A DNA stretch of 64,000 nucleotides, from NCBI GenBank assembly GCA_964016885.1, contig OZ024748.1:34038001-34102000 (forward strand). The letters run 5' to 3'. The stretch's first letter is position 1. The number at the start of each line of letters is the position of its first letter. The position numbers and the translations under genes were made by a program. The notes beneath the pieces were generated by a model, which saw only the letters and a list, made by a program, of their open reading frames with translations, had not been told where the DNA came from and did no database searches. Shown here piece after piece: positions 55,358 through 64,000 of this stretch. The stretch comes from Eledone cirrhosa (Eukaryota).

Positions 55358-55706
55358 GGAGGTGAGTTTTATTGTAGTACAATAAAGCAATGCAGATATC
55401 GGATAAGAAGCACTCTACAGTTTGTAGGACTGGAGTATGCATAATATAAGATCAAAAGATGGTTAAAGGAGTTCCATATATTTTATTATGCGCATTTCAA
55501 AAACAAACATCATCATGCAATAATATTTGTGTTTTCATCAGATAAAACAGGAGAACATGATATGAAGGCTAACAAGTGTTTTTTAGCCTTCATATCATGT
55601 TCTCCTGTTTTATCTGATGAAAACACAAATATTATTGCATGATGATGTTTGTTTTTGAAATGCGCATAATAAAATATATGGAACTCCTTTAACCATCTTT
55701 TGATCT

Positions 55707-55712
<6 letters not shown>
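55335..55712. mobile_element. Family L pseudo-LTR fold-back; HHRs 55479-55547 (-) and 55608-55674 (+)
   Basis: Matches 39498-39720; arms 55443-55572 and 55583-55712; CTGATGA..GAAA tgcgca TA. Confidence 0.88.
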
Positions 55713-55748
<36 letters not shown>

Positions 55749-56143
55749 CGAAGGAAATGTGGTAAGGAACCAGGTGGACCATAACGCACCAAAGTACTCA
55801 ATACTTAGGGTAGTAGAGTGGGTAATAGGAACGAGTAAGACCCCGACGGCTGAGCTCAAGCCGTTTCGACGGCTAATTCTGGAATTAGCCGTCGAAACGG
55901 CTTGAGCCGACGGCATTCCTAAGTTTTAACGACAATACAACTTTCTCCGGCTTAGCCTGTTCCCCCCCTTTTGGAACTTTCCCCCGTTGTTGGGCGTGAG
56001 CCCGAAATATTGGGATTAAATCTCCACTACGGTAACCCTTCTACCTTTGTTTTGTTTTCATTTCATTTTCCCTTTTCTCCTATTTCTCACTCACTTCTTA
56101 CCTCGAGATTTCCCATCCGCATTGTTGTGGCTTTCCATACTAC

Positions 56144-56210
<67 letters not shown>

Positions 56211-56627
56211 GTAATTGTATGTGTGTGTGTATTTCTGTGGTTGTGTTTTTTTTGTGTGTGTGTGTGTATGTATATATATGTGTATATATATGTGTATATG
56301 TATATATGTATAAGGGTGTATGTATATGCATCATTACATATAGTGATTTAATGATTATTTTCATTGATCTTTTGCTCCAGGAACTTGTTGAGTGCTCTAA
56401 ATCTGCTATAAGCATTTATACCCTCTTCTAAATATATTTTTTTTTATTTATTATTTGTCGTATTCCCAACTTTTTATCTTCATTTTTATTTTTATTTTTA
56501 TTTTTATTTTTATTTTTATTTTTATTTTTATATATATACAATATTTTTTTATTATTATTATTATTATTTTTTTTTTTTTATATATACAATATTTATTTTT
56601 TATATATATATATAATATTTATGTCTT

Positions 56628-56703
<76 letters not shown>

Positions 56704-57064
56704 GTTATATATGTATATGTGTGTGTGTGTATGTAGGTATGCATACGTATGTGTATGTATATATGTGTGTGTAGGTATATATGTGTATGTGAGTATGTAT
56801 GTATGTGTATATATGTGTATGTATATATATATATGAAATATCTTAATTCAAATACATATAGTCTGCCTGTGTCGATCTAAAAAATAATAAATCAATACTC
56901 ACAAACACATATCGGCAAAATGCCTTCATTCTATTTCATTCTAGCTATTTTATTGTCAATTACAACAAAAACACGTAAGTGTGTATCATATATTAATTTA
57001 TACTGCTCAAAAGTGATTCTTAGAGCTAAAATAATTGTAAATGACCCCATTGAGTGTAAACTCT

Positions 57065-57158
<94 letters not shown>

Positions 57159-57242
57159 TATATATAAATATATATATTAATATATATATATATTTATATA
57201 TATATATTTATATATATATGTATATATATATATATTTATATA

Positions 57243-57305
<63 letters not shown>

Positions 57306-57333
57306 TGTATAATAAACAATACAATATAATGAC

Positions 57334-57399
57334 CTCATTACCAGAGGTTTCCCGAATAAGACGAATACGAAAAACGTCCTCATTCGTTCGTCGGATAAG
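57334..57399 (-). ncRNA. Hammerhead-like motif with CCGACGA core (H-related)
   Basis: Minus strand: cttat CCGACGA a-cgaatgag-gacg..cgtc-ttattcg-g GAAAC ctctg GTA atgag. Confidence 0.7.
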
Positions 57400-58084
57400 G
57401 CAATGTAAAACATAGTGAAATATTTGAAAAATCTCCTCAAGAAAGCCAAAAGTTTAACGGGCAAAAAAATATAAATAAAAGTAATGCATGAGATATATAA
57501 AAAAATAAGGAAATATAGTTAGGGTATGTGTATAATGAAAAAATATGTGCGTAAGTACATATATGAGGGAAAGCATATCAGTGTATATGTGACCAAAATA
57601 CGCATATAATATATGTTGAAAAAGGAATTGTAAGATAATAGAGTTAACGTACATCCAGATACAGGTATTAAGAAATGAAATATACACACATATAAGTATG
57701 AAAGCACGCGTATAAACACACACACACGCGCGATTCCACACATGCGAGTGATGTATAGAGGGAAGGGAGTACTATCAGCCAAAAGGGTGTCAGTTTGATG
57801 CTCGATACATATAAAAATGAAACAATATAGGAGAATAAAAATGGTTAAATCAAAGGAAAGTAAGAGGGAGGGGTTATCAATTATAAATTAACACTAGAAA
57901 AAAAGAAAACAAACAGGTTCGTACGTACACACATATATATATAAATACGTACAGACAAAAGCACATACATACGTACATACATACAGAGGCGCGCATACAT
58001 ACACACGAGGCACAAATATATATATCGGCACATGTATATCTAATCACACTATATATATATATACATATACACACATACACACAA

Positions 58085-58266
58085 AATTAACGGCTGAGCA
58101 GCCTAATTTGCATATTGAGTGAGTTAAATCGGTCAGGCATACCGAAAACGATACGTTGAAAAAAATGAAAACGAAATTTCATTTCTCACTCTTAGTATGG
58201 CACTTACTTAAATGTAAGTATGTATGTATACGTACATACATATATGTATACAGACGTACAGTAGCA

Positions 58267-58340
<74 letters not shown>

Positions 58341-58775
58341 TATACATACAGGTACACATACATATATGCACGCATCAGTTTAGCGGACGCTTATTATAAC
58401 GCCGCTTTGTTCGTTTGTAAACAAACTGAACAGCCTGAATTTATGCCATACGGTGTTAAGGCAACCACGTCACCTTTTTGTTCAACACTGACACAGGAAC
58501 GATGTACTAGTTTCAAGCTTGTTAGCTATCATCAGCACCGTATACCCATCTACCAGATAGTTGAACGTTCGAAAGTATATACTTTCCTTATGAAAATTAA
58601 CGGCTGAGCAGCCTAATTTGCATATTGAGTGAGTTAAATAGGTCAGGCATACCGAAAACGATAAGTTGAAAAAATGAAAACGAAATTTCATTTCTCACTC
58701 TTAGTATGGCACTTACTTAAATGTAAGTATGTATGTATACGTACATACATATATGTATACAGACGTACAGTAGCA

Positions 58776-58790
<15 letters not shown>
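58085..58790 (-). mobile_element. Retrozyme-like family R, ~1.4 units (510-bp period); HHR 58500-58540
   Basis: AATTAACGGCTGAGCAG at ~58085 and ~58595; HHR same as 50719. Confidence 0.85.
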
Positions 58791-58829
<39 letters not shown>

Positions 58830-58833
<4 letters not shown>

Positions 58834-59341
58834 AAAGAATAGAGGTGTAACACACAAGTTATTATATATTGGTAAACGGAATAGAAAATGCTGACAAATT
58901 GTTCACAGTTGAAAAATGGTTTAATTAGGAATAAAAGAGTATTAGTGATTGTATGGGTTAGTATTCAGTTGTGGTTTGAAGTTTTTAAGTTTTTACCGCT
59001 TGCGCATTTCTAAATGCTTTTCAAAAATAATTTTGAGATAGAGAGTCCGTGCTGTTTGCTCTGATCTGATTAGTTTGGGGAATTCTACCTGTTTTTATGT
59101 TAAAAAAGTGGCTCCAGCGTTATTTTTGTGTTGCAAAAATTCTTGTGGTCAAAACAATTTTGATTGGTCGGTAGAGGTCATGTGAATGTAAAAAGTTGAT
59201 TTTGCGCCAAGACTGTTTTTATGTTAAAAAAGTGGCTCCAGCAAAAATTCTTGGTCAAAACAATTTTGATTGGTCGGTAGAGGTCATGTGAATAAAAAAT
59301 TGGTTTTGCGCCAAGATTGAGAAATGACTCTTTCACAACAA

Positions 59342-59389
<48 letters not shown>

Positions 59390-61864
59390 TAGTAGTAGTA
59401 GTAGTAAGGTGTTCGATGCTGCGACAATGGCCAGCAGCGATGTGTGTCAAATGGCTATTAAGATAAGTGTGTGTGTGTGTGTATAGCAGAGTGATTCGTG
59501 GTGGTAGGGATGGTCAGTAAGAATGTGTCTGAAAGCAATGGGGGGTATTTTAGCATGTCAAAAGATAAGTGTGTGTGTGTGTGTGTGTGTGTATAGCAGA
59601 GTAATTTGTGGTGGCAGGGATGGTCAGTAAGAATGTGTCTGAAAGCAATGGGGGGTATTTTAGCATGTCAAAAGATATTTTTCAGCTTTTGTCTTATACG
59701 GAGAAGTGCGTGTGTGTGTGTGTGTGTATATATAAGTCTCTTTGTATGTTGATGTACGCGTGTGTATGTGTTTGTGTATATATATGTGTGTGTGTGTGTG
59801 TGTGTGGGTGGACCAGTATTTTTTTAGGTTTCTCATAATTTTCTGTTGATTGTAGTGTTCAGCCTTTTCGTAGTATGTTTCGTTTTCCAAAGTGGAGAGC
59901 GCTAAGTTGATATAGAATTCTGTCTCCATTAGGACTACTGTACTCCCTTTATCAGCCTCTTTAATTGTAATGGTTCTGTCGGTTTTTAATCTATTTAATT
60001 CTTCCCATTCTTTCTTGTTGAGGTTTGGCTTGTATTTTTGTCTGTGCAAGTGTTGGTAAGGGAAGTTTGTGATGTGTTCACAGAATTCCTCCAGGATTTT
60101 ATTTCTACCTTTTGAAGGGGTGTAATTGCTTCTATTTCTGGCTAATGATTCATCCTCATTGTACTGGTCGAATAGTTGTTCACTAAGTCGTAACTTTCTA
60201 CAGAAGTCTGTGATGTCTTCCTTCATTTCATAGTAGTTAGGACGTAGTGGGGTCGGTGTGAATTTAAGACCTTTGGAGAGTAAGTTGATAAGGTTGGGTG
60301 TTGGTTCTGCACTAGTAAGATTGATAATTTTTATTACTATCGGTTTCTCCTCCCTGTCTTGTGTTATTTTGTTTGCCTGTATCTGTGTGCTGTGTCTAAA
60401 AAATGGTTGGGGTAGAGGGGTTGTCTGCTGATGTTAAGTGGTCTCCTGTGTTTGTTATATTCCTTGTTGTTGTAAAATGTGGTTCGGGTTGGTGGTTGTA
60501 GATTGAATGGGGTGTTCCTGTACTGCGAGTATGGGTGTGTGTTTCTATGTGCCATGTTGTATTGTGGTGTTATAAGTGGCTTACGTTGTTGGTTGTATCG
60601 TGTGGTGTGGGTTTGTTGTGTATTGTGGAAGTGAGAGTTGAGAAAATGGTAATTACCTTGCTGTCCCCTTGAAGCGGGGAAGTTGTTGCATCTATCATGG
60701 CAGTGGTATCTTTTCCCTATGTTTGACGATGAGGAATCCGCGTAGTAGTTGAGTGATTTGGTATGGTGTCTCCTTGAAGGGGGAAAGTTGTAAATGTCAT
60801 TCTGGGGGAGATGATTTCTTGGGTTTTTGTTCCTTCTTATGGTAGCGAGGTTGGGAAGTTCATCTTCGGTGTGGTGCTTCTTTCTTCGTTTGTTTGAGGC
60901 TTGGGGGTTTGACTGTCCATAGATCCCCAATTAAAATACGGGAATACAGGAAAATACCACTGAGTGAACACATTGATACCTGTGCCGCCCAAAATCATCC
61001 CAACTTCAGAATCTTTCCCCTCTACAAATTTAAAGATAATGCCACCCACACCCAGCGCATCAGCAAGGAATCTTACTTCATTAACAAATACGGACCCCGT
61101 CTATACACTTCTCCCTAAGACGAACCCACAACATACACACGTCAACATACATACCTACATCAGCACACATCTCTACCCACATATAAACACAATGACACAC
61201 GTAAACACACATGCTCTATGGTGCAATACAAAGAAATATATGTGCATATATATGTATGTATATATGTATATATATATATATATATATATGTAGTGAATAT
61301 ATGTATGTGTATATATATATAGTGAATATCATTTCACACCTTTTATTGTTAAGATTTTTGATGTTCTATTAAGAGAACCGATTTTACTGAAAAAATCGAA
61401 TAATGTACACCATTTTACCAGGGGGAAAAAATACTGGTTCCCCCCCCACACACACATATATATATACACAAACACATACACACGCGTACATCAACATACA
61501 AAGAGACTTATACACACACACACACACACACACACGCACTTCTCCGTATAAGACAAAAGCTGAAAAATATCTTTTGACATGCTAAAATACCCCCCATTGC
61601 TTTCAGACACATTCTTACTGACCATCCCTGCCACCACAAATTACTCTGCTATACACACACACACACACACTTATCTTTTGACATGCTAAAATACCCCCCA
61701 TTGCTTTCAGACACATTCTTACTGACCATCCCTACCACCACGAATCACTCTGCTATACACACACACACACACACGCACACACACACACACTTATCTTAAT
61801 AGCCATTTGACACACATCGCTGCTGGCCATTGTCGCAGCATCGAACACCTTACTACTACTACAA

Positions 61865-61931
<67 letters not shown>

Positions 61932-62330
61932 TACACACACACACACACACACATATTTGTTGTGAAAGAGTCATTTCTCAATCTTGGCGCAAAACCAATT
62001 TTTTATTCACATGACCTCTACCGACCAATCAAAATTGTTTTGACCACAAGAATTTTTGCAACACAAAAATAACGCTGGAGCCACTTTTTTAACATAAAAA
62101 CAGGTAGAATTCCCAAAACTAATCAGATCAGAGCAAACAGCACGGACACTCTATCTCAAAATTATTTTTGAAAAGCATTTAGAAATGCGCAAGCGGTAAA
62201 AACTTAAAAACTTCAAACCACAACTGAATACTAACCCATACAATCACTAATACTCTTTTATTCCTAATTAAACCATTTTTCAACTGCGAACAATTTGTCA
62301 GCATTTTCTATTCCGTTTACCAATATATAT
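58830..62330. mobile_element. PLE family N (Neptune-like) rearranged copy with ~0.9-kb inverted arms
   Basis: 58863-59822 inverted vs ~61428-62330; inner minus N-terminal ORF (KGLKFTPTP, FCRKLRL, IKEADKGSTVVLM); inner plus EN end (IPLSEHIDTCA..KESYFINKYGP). Confidence 0.88.
62165..62201 (+). ncRNA. Hammerhead-like motif, family N (TTGAAAA..GCAA); inverted twin at 58991-59027
   Basis: ttt TTGAAAA gcattt-ag-aaatgc GCAA gcg GTA aaa; positionally equivalent to the family M HHR. Confidence 0.6.
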
Positions 62331-62334
62331 ATAT

Positions 62335-62775
62335 ATATACATACAGGTACATATACATATATGCACGCATCAGTTTAGCGGACGCTTATTATAACGCCGC
62401 TTTGTTTGTTTGTAAACAAACTGAACAGCCTGTATTTATGCCATACGGTGTTAAGGCAACCACGTCACCTTTTTGTTCAACACTGACAGGAACGATGTAC
62501 TAGTTTCAAGCTTGTTAGCTATCATCAGCACCGTATACCCATCTGCCAGATAGTTGAACGTTCGAAAGTATATACTTTCCTTATGAATATTAACGGCTGA
62601 GCAGCCTAATTTGCATATTGAGTGAGTTAAATCGGTCAGGCATACCGAAAACGATAAGTTGAAAAAAATGAAAACGAAATTTCATTTCTCACTCTTAGTA
62701 TGGCACTAACTTAAATGTAAGTATGTATGTATACGTACATACATATATGTATACAGACGTACAGTAGCATGCATA
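62335..62775 (-). mobile_element. Retrozyme-like family R, ~1 unit; HHR 62493-62533
   Basis: Near-identical to 58340-58780. Confidence 0.85.
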
Positions 62776-62787
62776 TATATATATATA

Positions 62788-64000
62788 TATTGTTATACTT
62801 TGGGAGGGTCATGTTGCCAATAAGAAACACACGCACCAGTTGCTTTCACTTCAATTTAATATATATTTATAAATTTATAAATTTACAAATTTCTGGTTGG
62901 TTGGTTGGTTCCACAACCAGATAGTTGTTTATATATATAGTCATAGTCCTTTCGTCACACACTCTGTGACCTCTTCAGTGACTGGGGATTCCTTTCTTCG
63001 TTTCTGTGCCTTTCCTTTCTTCTATCCTACGCCATTTTGTTTCTGTGTGTGTGTTGTGTGCTCAGTTTGCGCATCCGCCACATCCGGGTGTCTGTGTGTG
63101 TTTGTGTTCATTTTTCTATTTATATTTTTCTATTTGTTTATTTATTTATTTATTTATTGTTGGTTGGTTGTTTGTTCTGTGTGTGTGTGTGTTTTCATTT
63201 TGTCCTGTGTGTGTTTTCATTTTGTGTGTGTTTTCAATTGTAAGTTGTTTGTTCTATGTGTGTGTGTGTTTTCATTTTGTCCTTAATTGTAAGTTGTGAT
63301 GTTGCTGTTCCACTCATATTTTCTATTTAATTTTGGTTTTAATTCTTTTATGCTTACTGCCTCTGTAATTTGCCTAAACATTGCGTCTTTTATGTGTGTG
63401 GATTCTATTTTTATTTCTATGCTCTCTAATCTACCCCTGTGTTCTATCTTAGCATGTTGGTAGAGCACAGATGATTCTTTATTATCTTGGAGGTCTCGCC
63501 AGTGTTCATTTATTCGTTCCCCTATACTACGAGCTGTCTCACCTATGTACACTATATTTTGGTTTCTACATTGTCCTTCAGTACATCTTATGCTATACAC
63601 TACATTTCTAGTTTTACAGTTAATATGGGGGCTTATTTTACAGGTTATACATTTCTTATCTATACATGAGGGTCTTTGGAACGGGTATGTCCGGCTAATA
63701 AGTGTTTTTACGGAGGTACCAGGTCTTTCTACTATCTTAATATTGAGACTATGTTTATTTAGGGCTCTTCTAAATTTGTAGGCTAGTTCGCCTCTAGGGG
63801 TTGTGTTGATGAACATTACACTCTGGTATTTATTGCTATCATACCATGAGTTTATTCTATTGGCCTTGTTCCTAGTTCTTTCTATTCTATTCCAAAATTT
63901 GCTCCTATACATGGGGCAGGTCCCATTTATGTCATTATTTACCATTTTTTCCCATTTGGTTCTGGCTCCTTTATACACTCTGATTCTATCTCTCTGATTG
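62788..64000 (-). mobile_element. PLE family F 3' end (runs off window); HHR 62939-62983 (-)
   Basis: ORF 63283-63978 followed by 3' UTR shared with four other F copies. Confidence 0.9.
63283..64000 (-). CDS. PLE C-terminal linker + GIY-YIG endonuclease (open frame, partial)
   Basis: VMFINTTPRGELA..IKIVERPG..CIDKKCITC..CKTRNVVYSIRC..YIGETARSIGERINEH..RQITEAV..LNRKYEW. Confidence 0.85.
   Translation of the reverse strand, partial: NQRDRIRVYKGARTKWEKMVNNDINGTCPMYRSKFWNRIERTRNKANRINSWYDSNKYQSVMFINTTPRGELAYKFRRALNKHSLNIKIVERPGTSVKTLISRTYPFQRPSCIDKKCITCKISPHINCKTRNVVYSIRCTEGQCRNQNIVYIGETARSIGERINEHWRDLQDNKESSVLYQHAKIEHRGRLESIEIKIESTHIKDAMFRQITEAVSIKELKPKLNRKYEWNSNITTYN

Overview
AT-rich, gene-free metazoan repeat region. 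The two tRNA-derived SINE fragments and the abundant (TA)n/(CA)n tracts resemble octopus DNA, but the organism is an inference. No host protein-coding gene is supported; most ORF-track entries are translated microsatellites. Bases 190-5880 hold satellites and minisatellites with a SINE and a solo LTR inserted. From about 5.9 kb to the end, the window is a dense pile-up of more than 10 Penelope-like retroelement (PLE) families (RT with G(L/I)YRDD plus C-terminal GIY-YIG endonuclease, and fragments of other PLE types). Most sit between (TA)n tracts, and many are fold-back (inverted) structures. There are also single CR1-like and RTE-like LINE ends, a second LTR fragment and a non-autonomous Helitron. 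The hidden signal, read by eye, is about 40 type-I hammerhead ribozyme (HHR) motifs on both strands from about 15 sequence families. They include family-fixed non-canonical cores (U3-A8, U3/G8, U4A, U4C, GCAA). Two non-coding tandem HHR-carrying repeat families (about 320 bp and 425-510 bp units) look like retrozymes, and one copy is fused directly to a PLE endonuclease fragment. All coordinates, folds and clade names were assigned manually and need computational confirmation.
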